A stretch of 64,000 nt of DNA from positions 512,001 through 576,000 of the forward strand of contig OZ271854.1 in assembly GCA_965601925.1 (NCBI GenBank), read 5' to 3'. Under the pieces are notes generated by a model. The model saw only the letters and a list, made by a program, of their open reading frames with translations. It made no database searches and was not told where the DNA came from. Positions 18,571 through 29,080 of the stretch are shown piece after piece. Position 1 is the stretch's first letter. Each line of letters opens with the position of its first letter. Origin of the DNA: Alkalispirochaeta sp. Lineage in GTDB: Bacteria > Spirochaetota > Spirochaetia > DSM-27196 > Alkalispirochaetaceae. Made by a program: the position numbers and the translations under genes.

Positions 18571-20130
18571 TCAGCGCGCCAAGCTCAGTTTCATCGCCTC
18601 CGGGGCGAAGATGCGCTCTTCCATGAGACGCAAATTCTCACTCACAATCGGCTCGAAGTCCATGTGCGCAAGGATATCCTTTTCGAGATCGATTCCGGGA
18701 GCGATCTCCACCAACTTGAGCCCCCTGGGGGTAAGCTCAAAGACCGCCCGCTCGGTGATGTACATTACCGGCTGCTCCGTCTCGATTGCGTACTCACCGC
18801 TGAACGTCTTGTGCTCGACTTGGGAGACGAACTTCTTGATGCGTCCCTCCTGCACGATCACCAACTTCCCGTCCTCGACTTCAACCTTCAATCCGCCGGC
18901 GGTAAAGGTACCGGTATAGAAGACCTTCTTCGCGTTCTGGGTGATATTGATGAACCCGCCGGCACCGGCAAACTTCGGCCCGAACTTGCTGACGTTCAGG
19001 TTCCCTTCGGCATCGACCTGAGCCAATCCGAGAAATGCCAAATCGAGGCCGCCGCCGTCGTAGAAGTCGAATTGCGCGGGCTGATCGAGGAGCGATTCCA
19101 TATTGGTGGCGGCACCGAAGCTGAGGCCCCCTGCGGGAATACCGCCGACCGGTCCCGGCTCGACGGTGAGGGTCAACGCTTGGAGCACCCCCTCTTCCGC
19201 CGCAACCGAGGCGACCCCTTCGGGCATACCGATACCGAGATTGACGACCGCGCCGTCCTCGAGTTCCATCGCCGCGCGGCGACAGATGATTTTGCGCTCG
19301 TTGAGATCGATCGGCGGGATGCTGTCGGCCGGTACGCGCAACGTACCGGTGTAGGCCGGGTTGAACTGTTCGGCAAAGGTCTGCCAGTGGTTCTCCGGCT
19401 TCGCGGTTACCACATAGTCGACGAGAATACCGGGCACGACCACATCCCGAGGGCGCAAGGTGCCGAACTCGGCGACACGCTCCACTTGGGCGATGACGAT
19501 GCCGCCGCTGTTGCGTACCGCTTGCGCCATGGCGAGGTTCTCGAGGACCAACGCCTCTTTTTGATAGGTCAAGTTACCGCGCGTGTCGGCAACGGTCGCG
19601 CGAATGAACGCCACATCGACGGGCATCGCCTTGTACCACAAGTACTCTTTACCGTCGAGCTCCAATAGCGACACGATATCTTCGGTCGTGCGCTCGTTCA
19701 TCTTTCCACCGCCGTTGCGCGGATCGACGAAGGTCTTGAGCCCGACGTGAGTAATGTGCCCCGGACGGTGGCCGGCGATCGCACGAAAGAGGTGAGAAAT
19801 ACATCCCTGCGGTAGGTTGTACGCCTCGATTTCGTTCTCGATCGCCATCGCGCCGAGCTTGGGCGCGAGCCCCCAGTGGCCGCCGATGACGCGCCGCACG
19901 AGCCCTTTGTGGGCGAAGTGATTCAGACCCTTCTCTTTACCGTCGCCCTGCCCGGCGGCGTAGATCAAATCGAGGTTGCGCGGTTGTCCCGTCTCGAGAA
20001 ACCGCTTCTCCAGCGCAACGGCCAACTCTTCACAGAATCCGCTTCCGACGAACCCCTCCGACGCCAAGGTGGCGCCGTCGGGTATTTGAGACACCGCGTA
20101 CTCCGCGGTGACGATCTTCTTCTTGCTCAT
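18571..20130 (-). CDS. Acyl-CoA:acetate/3-ketoacid CoA-transferase (YdiF/Pct family)
   Basis: [64 protein letters not shown]. Confidence 0.95.
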   Translation of the reverse strand: MSKKKIVTAEYAVSQIPDGATLASEGFVGSGFCEELAVALEKRFLETGQPRNLDLIYAAGQGDGKEKGLNHFAHKGLVRRVIGGHWGLAPKLGAMAIENEIEAYNLPQGCISHLFRAIAGHRPGHITHVGLKTFVDPRNGGGKMNERTTEDIVSLLELDGKEYLWYKAMPVDVAFIRATVADTRGNLTYQKEALVLENLAMAQAVRNSGGIVIAQVERVAEFGTLRPRDVVVPGILVDYVVTAKPENHWQTFAEQFNPAYTGTLRVPADSIPPIDLNERKIICRRAAMELEDGAVVNLGIGMPEGVASVAAEEGVLQALTLTVEPGPVGGIPAGGLSFGAATNMESLLDQPAQFDFYDGGGLDLAFLGLAQVDAEGNLNVSKFGPKFAGAGGFINITQNAKKVFYTGTFTAGGLKVEVEDGKLVIVQEGRIKKFVSQVEHKTFSGEYAIETEQPVMYITERAVFELTPRGLKLVEIAPGIDLEKDILAHMDFEPIVSENLRLMEERIFAPEAMKLSLAR

Positions 20131-21479
20131 TACACCAATCCCGTAATCATGTGCAACAGAATGACGACGAGAGTAGCGATCAGGGGCGTGGCTATGGTCA
20201 TCATTGCAATATCGCCGTACGACTCTTTATGCGTTAGTCTGGTTACCGCCAACAACGTGATAATCGCGCCGCTATGGGGCAAGGTGTCCAAACCGCCGGA
20301 GGCCATGATCATCACACGGTGCAGAACCTGCGGATTGATGTTCATCGCCAGGAACTCCTCGGAGAGAACGCTGAGGGCAATCGCCGTGCCACCGGAGGAG
20401 GAACCGACGATACCGGCGAGGAGCGTCGTGGAGATCGCCACCTTGAACAGCGACGGAATAGCGAGGGCCACGATTCCCGCCTGTACCGTTGCGAAGGCCG
20501 CCAGACCGCGAATGACGCCGCCGTACCCGACTTGAGATGCGGTGTTGAAGATCGGGAGAAGGGCGCCGGAGGAACCGTCGAACACCTCTTTGTTCGGCTG
20601 CTTGATGTGCTTGCGCATAGTGATCAGGATCAACACGACCGCCGTGCTCAGCGCGATAATGACCGGCCAGGTGCCGTTCACCCCGTTCTCTCCGAACGAC
20701 TCGACGACCGCCGGAACCTCGAAGATCCAGTTGGTGATGATGAAGTTCAGCACGAAGACCAGGAGAATCGGGATAACCGAGAGCCAAATGCCGGGAAGAT
20801 CGCCGTTGGGCAGGTCGAGGCCCTCGTCCTGATGGTCGCCGTAGCCCTCACCGGCAAGCGCGGCCTGATTCACGCGGCGCTTAAGCCACCACAGTCCGAG
20901 CCCTACGCTCACCGCCGATCCTACCAGACCGAGAACGGGCGCAGCGTAGATATTCGTACCGAAGAAGACCGTCGGCATCGTATTGAGAAACTGAGGCGAA
21001 CCGGGCATCGCGGTCATCGTGAAGGTGAATGCTCCCAACGCGATCGCCGCGGGCAACAACCGTTTCGGTGCGTTGGCCTCCTTCAAGAGACTGGCGCCGA
21101 TCGGGTACATCGCAAAGACGACGACGAACAGCGAAACACCGCCGTAGGTAAGAAGTGCCGTGGCGATGACGATGACGGCGATGGCGCGCTCTTTCCCGAA
21201 CGTTTGCCCGATGACCTGGGCGATCTTGGTCGCCGCACCGCTGGCGCCCATCAACTTTCCGAAGATCGCTCCTGCGAGAAAGACCGGGAAAAAAGCCGCA
21301 ATGTAGTTTCCCGCCGCCGGCATGAACTGTGACGACAACGCAACCAGCGGGCTGACCTCCTGCGACAGAAGCGCCGCGGCCATCGCCAAGAGAGGCGCCA
21401 GGACGAGTACCGACACGCCGCGGTATGCAAAGTACATGAGCGCGACGAGGGTCAGTATGATTGCCAATACTCCTAACAT
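20130..21479 (-). CDS. GntP-family permease (hydroxy-acid/short-chain acid type)
   Basis: [40 protein letters not shown]. Confidence 0.88.
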   Translation of the reverse strand: MLGVLAIILTLVALMYFAYRGVSVLVLAPLLAMAAALLSQEVSPLVALSSQFMPAAGNYIAAFFPVFLAGAIFGKLMGASGAATKIAQVIGQTFGKERAIAVIVIATALLTYGGVSLFVVVFAMYPIGASLLKEANAPKRLLPAAIALGAFTFTMTAMPGSPQFLNTMPTVFFGTNIYAAPVLGLVGSAVSVGLGLWWLKRRVNQAALAGEGYGDHQDEGLDLPNGDLPGIWLSVIPILLVFVLNFIITNWIFEVPAVVESFGENGVNGTWPVIIALSTAVVLILITMRKHIKQPNKEVFDGSSGALLPIFNTASQVGYGGVIRGLAAFATVQAGIVALAIPSLFKVAISTTLLAGIVGSSSGGTAIALSVLSEEFLAMNINPQVLHRVMIMASGGLDTLPHSGAIITLLAVTRLTHKESYGDIAMMTIATPLIATLVVILLHMITGLV

Positions 21480-21506
21480 GATTCTCCTCCGTGTTGTGTA
21501 TGGTTT

Positions 21507-21998
21507 TTACGTGATGAGATTTCCGAATGTGTAGGCGATCGCCACGACGATCACCAGACACGTCACGATCAAAAGTGCTTGCGGAACGAGCGTCGACTTT
21601 TCCAGGATTTCCCGATGCCGCTCGGTGATGCATTCGACCCGTCGCTTCGATAGGATCACGCGCAACTCCAGGAATGTCTTTATCGCCATTACGCCGGCGA
21701 CGCCCAAGGAGAGGCGGTACAGGAGACTGATGTCACGAATGACGTAGTGCTCGGCTACGCTGACGACCGATGACGCCAGCACCGCAATAAGTAGCGCGAA
21801 GTCGGTCGCCAAATCGCGTCGGGAATGCTCGCGAAGATCGCCGAACGCCATATAGGCGAAGAGGATCGCCAGATGGAAGTATTTCTGCTCTTGGGGCCAA
21901 TAGATTTGCTGCCCGATAACAAACGCCAGGGACGAAAGAAAGACGTACTTGTACACCGAAGCAGTAACCGGTATCGAAAGTCGGCCGGTAGATATCAT
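21507..21998 (-). CDS. Hypothetical membrane protein
   Basis: RBS GGAG; about 5 hydrophobic segments; located within the operon. Confidence 0.65.
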   Translation of the reverse strand: MISTGRLSIPVTASVYKYVFLSSLAFVIGQQIYWPQEQKYFHLAILFAYMAFGDLREHSRRDLATDFALLIAVLASSVVSVAEHYVIRDISLLYRLSLGVAGVMAIKTFLELRVILSKRRVECITERHREILEKSTLVPQALLIVTCLVIVVAIAYTFGNLIT

Positions 21999-22073
21999 GG
22001 TTGCTCCCTTCCGCGTGAGACGAGCCGGTTCGACGGACGCGCACTCCCGCCGACGCCCGTCGAACCGGTTTCG

Positions 22074-22865
22074 CTATTTCGCGATCATTCCGCTGATCAT
22101 TCCGCCGGTCACCTCAATGGTGGCGGCGTCGATCGCATCGTTTTCGATGACCGCTTCGATCGCCCGCGCGATCTCTTCGGGCTCTATGAGTCGCTGTATG
22201 TGCACCGTCGACACGATACGGTCCAGGGCCTTTTGATCCATTCCCTTGACCATCGGCGTTCCGACGTACCCCGGCGCAATGGAGTTGACGCGGATATTGG
22301 TGATGTTGCGCATCGCAAACTCACCGACGAGAATCTTGGGCCATATCGCCACGGCCGCCTTCGTAGATGAGTAATTGAGCTGCCCGACCCCGCCCTCTTT
22401 CTGGATCGAAGAGATCGTAAAGAGTGCGCCGGGCCACCCGTTATCGACCATGCGTACCGCCGCTTCTCGTAAGGTGATGAAGGTTCCGGTCAAGTTGATA
22501 TCGACGACGAGACGAAAGTCCGCGGTGGTCATCGCCCGTTTGACCTTCCCCGTCTCTTTGTCGGTAGAGATGAACAGGCCGTCTCTGATGATCCCCGCGC
22601 ACGGCACGACGACGTTAATGGCGCCGTACGTCTCGACGGCGAAGTCCATCAGCGCCGCGACGGCCGCGTCGTCGGTTACATCGGCCGTGGTGCCGGCCAC
22701 CTCAAACCCAGCCGCCTTCATATCCGAAACGACGGTGTCGATACCCGTCTGATTCATGTCGCCGATGACCACGCGCGCACCCTTGGACGCGAGATGGCGC
22801 ACGACCGCCTCTCCGATACCGCTTGCACCGCCGGTTACAACGGCCACCAGCCCTTTGATATCCAT
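22074..22865 (-). CDS. SDR, FabG-like 3-oxoacyl/3-hydroxyacyl-CoA dehydrogenase
   Basis: TGGASGIG, Asp after beta2 (GDMN, NAD-type), YSSTK, NSIAPG; RBS GGAGGA. Confidence 0.9.
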   Translation of the reverse strand: MDIKGLVAVVTGGASGIGEAVVRHLASKGARVVIGDMNQTGIDTVVSDMKAAGFEVAGTTADVTDDAAVAALMDFAVETYGAINVVVPCAGIIRDGLFISTDKETGKVKRAMTTADFRLVVDINLTGTFITLREAAVRMVDNGWPGALFTISSIQKEGGVGQLNYSSTKAAVAIWPKILVGEFAMRNITNIRVNSIAPGYVGTPMVKGMDQKALDRIVSTVHIQRLIEPEEIARAIEAVIENDAIDAATIEVTGGMISGMIAK

Positions 22866-22885
22866 GAGTCCTCCGTATGAATTAG

Positions 22886-22921
22886 TGACCTGAGTCACTG
22901 ACTTGGTTGTTGACCCAGTCA
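22886..22921. promoter_or_regulatory. Putative TetR operators (GAC-N3/4-GTCA) upstream of SDR and TetR
   Basis: TGAC-CTGA-GTCA at 22886, TGAC-TTG-GTTG at 22899, TGAC-CCA-GTCA at 22911. Confidence 0.65.
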
Positions 22922-23048
22922 TTCTATGAGCAATCCTGCTCATGGTCAAACTTTTTTTTCAGATCTTTACCCGACGGCCGGCAAAGCAGCCATAGACTCG
23001 TCAAAGGGCCGAAAGAGCGTGTATACTGTCTATACTGGTACAGCGCGC

Positions 23049-23675
23049 ATGCAGGTACGACTCACAAAGCGCCAGCAACAGGCGATCGAAACGAAAAAGC
23101 ATCTCTTCGACACCGCGGTACACTTGTTTAACGAAAAAGGGTACGACAACGTCACGGTTGAAGAGATAACGAGTCAGGCCGGCGTTGCAAAAGGGAGCTT
23201 CTATACCTACTTTCGCTCCAAGAGCGAGATCGTCATCGAGGAGTTCCGCAATATCGACGACTACTACCGCAAGTACGCACGCAACTTGAAGCGTTACCCC
23301 ACCGCCCGGAAACGCATCGTAGCGTTCACTCGAGCTCAGTTGAAATACGTACGCGACGTAGTGGGCATAAAGCTCCTCAAACTACTGTATGTCAACAACA
23401 TAGCCGTGCCCGACAGTGAGCATATTCTCATCGATACCGATCGCTACCTCCATGATCTTATGCAGGAGATGATCGAGTTCGGACAGGAACGTGAAGAACT
23501 ACGCTCCGATGTATCGGCCGATACGTTGGCACTCTATGTGAATCGCGCCATGCGTTCGATGTTTCTGGACTGGGCGATCAGCGATGCGGCATTCGATCTC
23601 GTTACCGAGGGCGTCCGCTTCTGCGAGGTTATCCTGTGCCCGGCGCTGTTGTCGGGTGTCCGATCGCACGAATAG
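23049..23675 (+). CDS. TetR/AcrR-family regulator
   Basis: LFNEKGYDNVTVEEITSQAGVAKGSFYTYFRSK. Confidence 0.93.
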   Translation: MQVRLTKRQQQAIETKKHLFDTAVHLFNEKGYDNVTVEEITSQAGVAKGSFYTYFRSKSEIVIEEFRNIDDYYRKYARNLKRYPTARKRIVAFTRAQLKYVRDVVGIKLLKLLYVNNIAVPDSEHILIDTDRYLHDLMQEMIEFGQEREELRSDVSADTLALYVNRAMRSMFLDWAISDAAFDLVTEGVRFCEVILCPALLSGVRSHE

Positions 23676-23769
23676 CGCTCCACCGATTCGCGGCACACGT
23701 TTGCTCGACGCGTCTCCCGATTATTTCTTTTTCTTGACAGCTCGACCATGACGAATTATCGTTGAAAAA

Positions 23770-23818
23770 CGACCCGGTCATCTAAATCCGACTCGGTTGC
23801 TAAACCTCGACCCGGTCA
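23770..23818. promoter_or_regulatory. Three putative TetR operators upstream of the thiolase
   Basis: CGAC-CCG-GTCA 23770, CGAC-TCG-GTTG 23789, CGAC-CCG-GTCA 23808 (19-bp spacing). Confidence 0.65.
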
Positions 23819-23844
23819 ACAAAGCGAAGCAAGGAGCTACACAT

Positions 23845-25104
23845 ATGTCGCAAGTGAGCATTGTAGGCGGCTACAACACTCAGTTCGGATCGTTCGTACG
23901 GAAGAATAAAGAGACGGGCGAAATCACGGACCTGAAGCCGCTCCACGAACTTATGGTAGAGGCGGCGCGGGGAGCGATCGAGGATTCCGGTATCGCGCCC
24001 GATGAGATAGATGCGATCTGGATCGGCTCGTTCACACCGGGTCTATTTACCGACCAGGATCACCTGGGGCCGTACATCCTCGAGGCCTTTCCCGAGGCGT
24101 TCCGGTTCAAGCCGACACAACGCGTGGAGGGGGCGTGCGCAAGCTCTTCCATGGCGCTGTATAACGCAGTGTACGGAGTGGAAAGCGGTCGCTACCGCAA
24201 CGTGTTGGTCGTCGGCGCCGAGAAGATGAACACCCGCAACACCAAGCAGGTGACCCACGCACTCGCAACCGCGTCCTACTGGCCCTCCGAGGGTGCACAC
24301 GGCATGACTTTTCCGGGGCTCTTCGCCGAGTACGCTAAAGGCTACAAGGCGCGCTACAACCTCACCGACGAACAGTTGCGCACCATGCTGGCGTCGATCT
24401 CCGCTCTGATGTACAAGAACGGCCTGGAGAATCCCCTGGCGCACTTCGGCAAGGGAAGTCCGGCCGATCGATACCGGCTCGTGACTCCCGAGGCGGTGAT
24501 GGGACTTCCCGAGGAGAAGAATCCGATGATCGCCGAGCCGCTGCGACTCCATGACTGTTCTCTGGTTACCGACGGCGCTGCGGCCGCGGTTCTTACGACG
24601 ACCGAACGCGCCAAGAGCGACTTCGACAGGGCGGTGGAGATAAGCGGCATCGGCCACACGAGTGAGCGGTTGGCGATCGACAAGCGGGAAAACATGCATA
24701 CCCTCATCGCCGCCGAAAGGGCGCGCGATATCGCCTTTGCCGAGGCCGGCGTCACTACCGAGGACATCGACGTCGCGGAAGTGCACGACTGTTTCACGAT
24801 CAACCAGATCCTGTGTACCGAGGCGCTCGGCTTCTCCGCTCCCGGTCGCGGCGGTTACGACTACATGGAGGGACGCTTCGGTGTCGACGACCCGACGGTG
24901 AGCATCAACCTTTCAGGAGGACTCAAGGCAAAGGGCCACCCCGTGGGAGCGACCGGCACATCGATGCATGTACTACTCTATAAGCAACTCGTCGGGGATC
25001 CGATCGGTCTCCCGGCGGCGAGGACTCCGGAAGTGGTCGCAACACTCAACGTCGGCGGTTCGGCGGCGACCAACGCCGTCACGGTTATGAAGCGTATTCG
25101 TTAA
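23845..25104 (+). CDS. Thiolase, SCP2-type (acetyl-CoA C-acyltransferase)
   Basis: EGACASS, EVHDCF, GGLKAKGHPVGATG, NVGG; RBS AAGGAG. Confidence 0.92.
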   Translation: MSQVSIVGGYNTQFGSFVRKNKETGEITDLKPLHELMVEAARGAIEDSGIAPDEIDAIWIGSFTPGLFTDQDHLGPYILEAFPEAFRFKPTQRVEGACASSSMALYNAVYGVESGRYRNVLVVGAEKMNTRNTKQVTHALATASYWPSEGAHGMTFPGLFAEYAKGYKARYNLTDEQLRTMLASISALMYKNGLENPLAHFGKGSPADRYRLVTPEAVMGLPEEKNPMIAEPLRLHDCSLVTDGAAAAVLTTTERAKSDFDRAVEISGIGHTSERLAIDKRENMHTLIAAERARDIAFAEAGVTTEDIDVAEVHDCFTINQILCTEALGFSAPGRGGYDYMEGRFGVDDPTVSINLSGGLKAKGHPVGATGTSMHVLLYKQLVGDPIGLPAARTPEVVATLNVGGSAATNAVTVMKRIR

Positions 25105-25124
25105 GCACCTGCCGTCCCTCCTCC

Positions 25125-25157
25125 AAACCCCGTCGGCCGAGTCGGCGGGGTTTTTCT
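25125..25157 (+). terminator. Intrinsic terminator after the thiolase
   Basis: AAACCCCGTCGGC-CGA-GTCGGCGGGGTTTTT. Confidence 0.8.
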
Positions 25158-25465
25158 ATGCGTGGTTGCGAATCAGTGCGGTGTGGGGTGACTGTCCTCT
25201 CCGCTTCGCCTCCCCTCTACACAGAGCGGAGTCGCGCGTCCGCGGCTCACGATTTCTTTCGTGTAGACGAGGTGCCCGTACGACCGTTTCACGGATGAGC
25301 TCCGAGGACGTTACGGCTGGGTATCGAGGAGAAGCGCGTCGTCAAACACGCCGGCGGAATGTGGTCGGCTATCGGGTCGACATATGACGCGATCCGGCCG
25401 AATATGTCGGCGCGGGCGGCGGGCCCGGCGCCGACGAACGCACACCGGACCGCGCACGCGAAACC

Positions 25466-26476
25466 TCATTGAGACTCGGACAAACTCTCCAGCTCTTCAA
25501 GAATGGCGGGCACTACCTGATTGATGTCGCCGACGACACCGATATCGGCGACGTCGAAGATCGGAGCGTCGGGATTCTTGTTGATCGCTACGATGAAGTC
25601 CGACTCCTCCATCCCCGCCAAGTGCTGAATCTGCCCGGAAATACCGAGGGCGAAATAGAGACCGGGGCGGACCGTCTTTCCGGTTTGGCCGACCTGCCGG
25701 TCTTTCTCCAACCATCCGGCGTCAACCACGGCGCGCGATCCGGACACTTCTCCGGAGAGTCGCTCGGCGAGGGCGTTGACCGACGTCAGCTTGGCGGGGT
25801 GTCCTATACCGCGACCCGCCGAGACCAGTACGTCGGCGTCCTCGATCTTGATACGCTTATGCGCCTCGTGTACCACTTCCAACACCTCTACGTTGAGATC
25901 ATCGGACGAGAGCCCGGCCTCAAAGGTGATCACCTCACCGGTCCGCTTCTCGTCGAAGTCGGGGCGGTGCACGACCCCCGGGCGGACCGTCGACATTTGG
26001 GGGCGATGGTGGGGACAGATGATGGTCGCCATAATATTGCCGCCGAAGGCCGGGCGCGTCATCAGCAGATCTTCCGTGTCCGGATCGATATCGAGGGATG
26101 TGCAGTCGGCGGTGAGGCCGGTATATATTCTTGCCCCCACCCGAGGGGCAAGATCGCGACCGATTGCGGTGGCGCCGAAGAGCACAATCTCCGGTTTCTC
26201 CGACTCGATCGCCCCGGCAATCGCTTTTGTATACGGCTCGGTCGTGTAATGCTCCAGTACCGCGTGGTCTATTACCACGACGCGGTCGGCACCGCACCCG
26301 ATCGCATCGGCGGCGAGAGCCGCGATACCGTTGCCTGCAATGACCGCCACGACGTGCTGCTTACGCACGTCGGCGAGCTCGCGTGCCTTTCCCAGGAGCT
26401 CCAGGGATACGGGCTGAATCGTGCCCTGACGCTGCTCGACAATCACCATTACGTTTCTATAGTCGTCTCTGTTCAT
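25466..26476 (-). CDS. etfA: Electron transfer flavoprotein alpha subunit
   Basis: GLTADCT, TRPAFGGN, QVGQTGKTVRP, GISGQIQH, AINKNPDAPIF. Confidence 0.96.
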   Translation of the reverse strand: MNRDDYRNVMVIVEQRQGTIQPVSLELLGKARELADVRKQHVVAVIAGNGIAALAADAIGCGADRVVVIDHAVLEHYTTEPYTKAIAGAIESEKPEIVLFGATAIGRDLAPRVGARIYTGLTADCTSLDIDPDTEDLLMTRPAFGGNIMATIICPHHRPQMSTVRPGVVHRPDFDEKRTGEVITFEAGLSSDDLNVEVLEVVHEAHKRIKIEDADVLVSAGRGIGHPAKLTSVNALAERLSGEVSGSRAVVDAGWLEKDRQVGQTGKTVRPGLYFALGISGQIQHLAGMEESDFIVAINKNPDAPIFDVADIGVVGDINQVVPAILEELESLSESQ

Positions 26477-26498
26477 CGAGAACCCTTTCCTCTCACCG

Positions 26499-27284
26499 TT
26501 AAATGACGTATCGCTCGCGCAACCGATCCACGATCATACGCGCCGCCTCGCGGGGCGGAAGCTCATACTTCTTACCGGCGCCCTTCACCTCTTTGTTCGT
26601 CGAAGACTTCACCTTGGTAGGCGATCCCTTGAGTCCCAAGTGCGTCGGATCGACCTCGATATCGGCGAGCTTCCAGCGCTCCACCGCCTCCTCGCGCCAC
26701 GCGTTGTAGATCGATCCGATGCGCATGTAACGCGGCTGATGTATCTCCTTGAGCACGGTAATGAGGCACGGTGTCGCCACTCTGACGAGTTGATACCCGT
26801 CCTCGAATGCGCGCTTCACCACCAGCGAGCCCTCCTCGCGACGGATATCCTCGACGTAGGCGACCGATGGGATGCCGAGATGTTCGCCGATCTGCGGCCC
26901 GACCTGGGCGGTGTCACCGTCGATCGCTTGGCGACCGGCAATGATGAGATCGTAATCCAGCTTACGGATCGCACCGGCGAGGGCGCTGCTGGTCGCCCAT
27001 GTATCGGAGCCGGCGAAGGCGCCGTCGGAAAGGAGAATCAAGCGATCGGCGCCCATGGCCTGAGCCTCCTGGAGCGCACTTTTCGCCTGGGGCGGCCCCA
27101 TGGAGAGTACGGTGACCTCGACGTCGTCGTGCACGTCCTTGAGCCGCAGCGCCGCCTCGAGCCCCGCCTTATCGTCGGGATTGATGATCGACGGTACACC
27201 CTGCCTGATGAGGGTACCGGTTTTGGGATCGAGGCGTACCTCGGTGGTGTCGGGGACCTGTTTGATACATACGATGATTTTCAT
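26499..27284 (-). CDS. etfB: Electron transfer flavoprotein beta subunit
   Basis: CIKQVPDT, INPDD, GRQAIDGDTAQVGP, GLKGSPT. Confidence 0.96.
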   Translation of the reverse strand: MKIIVCIKQVPDTTEVRLDPKTGTLIRQGVPSIINPDDKAGLEAALRLKDVHDDVEVTVLSMGPPQAKSALQEAQAMGADRLILLSDGAFAGSDTWATSSALAGAIRKLDYDLIIAGRQAIDGDTAQVGPQIGEHLGIPSVAYVEDIRREEGSLVVKRAFEDGYQLVRVATPCLITVLKEIHQPRYMRIGSIYNAWREEAVERWKLADIEVDPTHLGLKGSPTKVKSSTNKEVKGAGKKYELPPREAARMIVDRLRERYVI

Positions 27285-27292
27285 ACCAGCTC

Positions 27293-28438
27293 CTATTTCA
27301 ACAGCGCCGCGGAGATGACCATCTTCTGCACCTCCGAGGTTCCCTCGTAGATCTCGGTGATCTTAGCGTCGCGGAACATTCGCTCCACCTCGTACTCACG
27401 GGTAAACCCGTAACCTCCGTGCAGCTGAATAGCGCGCGTCGTGACGTTCATCGCCGTCTCCGAAGCGACGAGCTTCGCCATCGCCGCAGCCTCGCTGTAC
27501 TTCTTCTTCCGGTCTTTCATCCACGCCGCTTTGTAAACCAACAGGCGCGCCGCCTCGACGCGCGACGCCATATCCGCGAGTTCGAACTGCGTGTTCTGAA
27601 ACTTGGCGATGCTGCGACCGAACTGACGGCGTTCCTTGACGTACTCGATCGTGTGGTCGAGGGCGCCTTGGGCGATACCGAGAGCTTGGGCGGCGATTCC
27701 GATGCGCCCGCCGTCGAGTGTCTTCATGGCGATCTTGAATCCCTGCCCTTCGGCGCCGATGAGGTTCTCTTTGGGTATGCGCGCGCCGTCCATGATGAGC
27801 TCGGAGGTCGCTGAGCCGCGAATACCGAGTTTCTTCTCCTTGGCGCCGACCGAGAAGCCGGGGGTGTCGGCGGGCACGATAAACGCGGAGATACCGCGCG
27901 TGCCCGCCGCCTTATCGGTCATCGCCATGATGATATACGTCTGGGCGTAGCCGGCGTTGGTGATGAACATCTTGGTCCCGTTCAACACGTACTCATCGCC
28001 GTCGAGGACCGCGGTTGTCTGCTGCGCGGCGGCGTCGGTGCCGGCGTTGGGCTCGGTAAGGCCGAACGCGCCGATCGCCTCACCGGCGGCCAGGGGACGC
28101 AGATAGCGCTCCTTCTGCTCGGCGGTGCCGAACTCGTAAATCGGCGAGGCGCCGAGAGAGACGTGGGCCGAGAGAATAACCCCGGTCGTCGCGCACACGC
28201 GCGAAAGTTCCTCCACCGCCAAGGCGTAGCCGAGGTTGTCTCCACCGGCTCCGCCCAACTCCTGCGGAAACGGGATACCGAAAAAGCCGACGGGACGCAT
28301 CTTGTCCACCGTCTCGGTGGGATAGCGCTCCTCCTCGTCGATCTCAATGGCCAAGGGGGCGACCTCGGTTTCGGCGAAGTCTCTATACATGTGTCGTAAC
28401 ACGCGGTGCTCTCCGCTGAGTTCGAATACCATGCTCAT
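27293..28438 (-). CDS. bcd: Butyryl-CoA (short-chain acyl-CoA) dehydrogenase
   Basis: FGLTEPNAGTDA, KLGIRGS, TLDGGRIGIAAQALG, RDAKITEIYEGTSEVQ; directly upstream of etfBA. Confidence 0.9.
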   Translation of the reverse strand: MSMVFELSGEHRVLRHMYRDFAETEVAPLAIEIDEEERYPTETVDKMRPVGFFGIPFPQELGGAGGDNLGYALAVEELSRVCATTGVILSAHVSLGASPIYEFGTAEQKERYLRPLAAGEAIGAFGLTEPNAGTDAAAQQTTAVLDGDEYVLNGTKMFITNAGYAQTYIIMAMTDKAAGTRGISAFIVPADTPGFSVGAKEKKLGIRGSATSELIMDGARIPKENLIGAEGQGFKIAMKTLDGGRIGIAAQALGIAQGALDHTIEYVKERRQFGRSIAKFQNTQFELADMASRVEAARLLVYKAAWMKDRKKKYSEAAAMAKLVASETAMNVTTRAIQLHGGYGFTREYEVERMFRDAKITEIYEGTSEVQKMVISAALLK

Positions 28439-28457
28439 CTCCTCTCTATGTGCGCCC

Positions 28458-28883
28458 TTATGACGCGGCGCGGGGAGGCATGACCGTGGCGTAGCCCTCG
28501 ATCACCACCTCGTCGCGCTGATTGGTACATACGGTCTTAAGTCGCAGAAACTTCTCTTTGACCTTCTCCTCGGCGGTCACCGTTGCGGTGATGGTATCGC
28601 CGAAATGGACCGGAGCCTTGAATGAGAGCTCCTGTCCCACGTAGATCGTTCCGGGACCGGGCAGCTGCATACCCAGTACCGCCGATATCAATCCGGCGGA
28701 CAACATTCCGTGCACGATGCGGCCGCCGAATCTCGTCTCCTCACTTGCCGCCTGATTGATATGTGCGGGGTTAAGATCGGCGGTAATGCCCGCGTACAGG
28801 TACGTGTCCGTCTCAGTCAGCGTCTTTGAGAACGACGCCGTATCGCCGATGCGTATCTCGTCTAAGGTACGGCCCAATGGCAC
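28458..28883 (-). CDS. MaoC-family (R)-specific enoyl-CoA hydratase
   Basis: DLNPAH hydratase-2 motif, RIVHGML, LPGPGTIY, F.APV.FGD; RBS GGAGG. Confidence 0.9.
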   Translation of the reverse strand: MPLGRTLDEIRIGDTASFSKTLTETDTYLYAGITADLNPAHINQAASEETRFGGRIVHGMLSAGLISAVLGMQLPGPGTIYVGQELSFKAPVHFGDTITATVTAEEKVKEKFLRLKTVCTNQRDEVVIEGYATVMPPRAAS

Positions 28884-28933
28884 GATATGCCTCCATATAT
28901 TGATTTATTTATCGATATATTATTCTTGAAAAA

Positions 28934-28974
28934 AGACCGTGTCAATAAAAATGACTCGGTCGATGACCAAGTCA
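28934..28974. promoter_or_regulatory. Putative TetR operators upstream of maoC-bcd-etfBA
   Basis: AGAC-CGT-GTCA 28934, TGAC-TCG-GTCG 28952, TGAC-CAA-GTCA 28964. Confidence 0.65.
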
Positions 28975-29080
28975 TTGACTGGACTTACCTGCAAGCATCG
29001 GCGTTCGGCTCGACGATCCGTCCGACGACGAGACGCCGACGCGGCATACATAGAGGAGAGAGTGTTTGCGTGGGCTCGGA

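Noticed and set aside
20274..21332. Long antisense/alternative-frame ORFs (also 18664-19668, 25469-26506, 35730-36842, 60399-61916)
   Set aside because: Shadow ORFs expected from high-GC codon bias opposite well-supported genes.
25158..25465. 300-bp gap between thiolase and etfA as a small gene or sRNA
   Set aside because: No recognisable motif, RBS or convincing structure.
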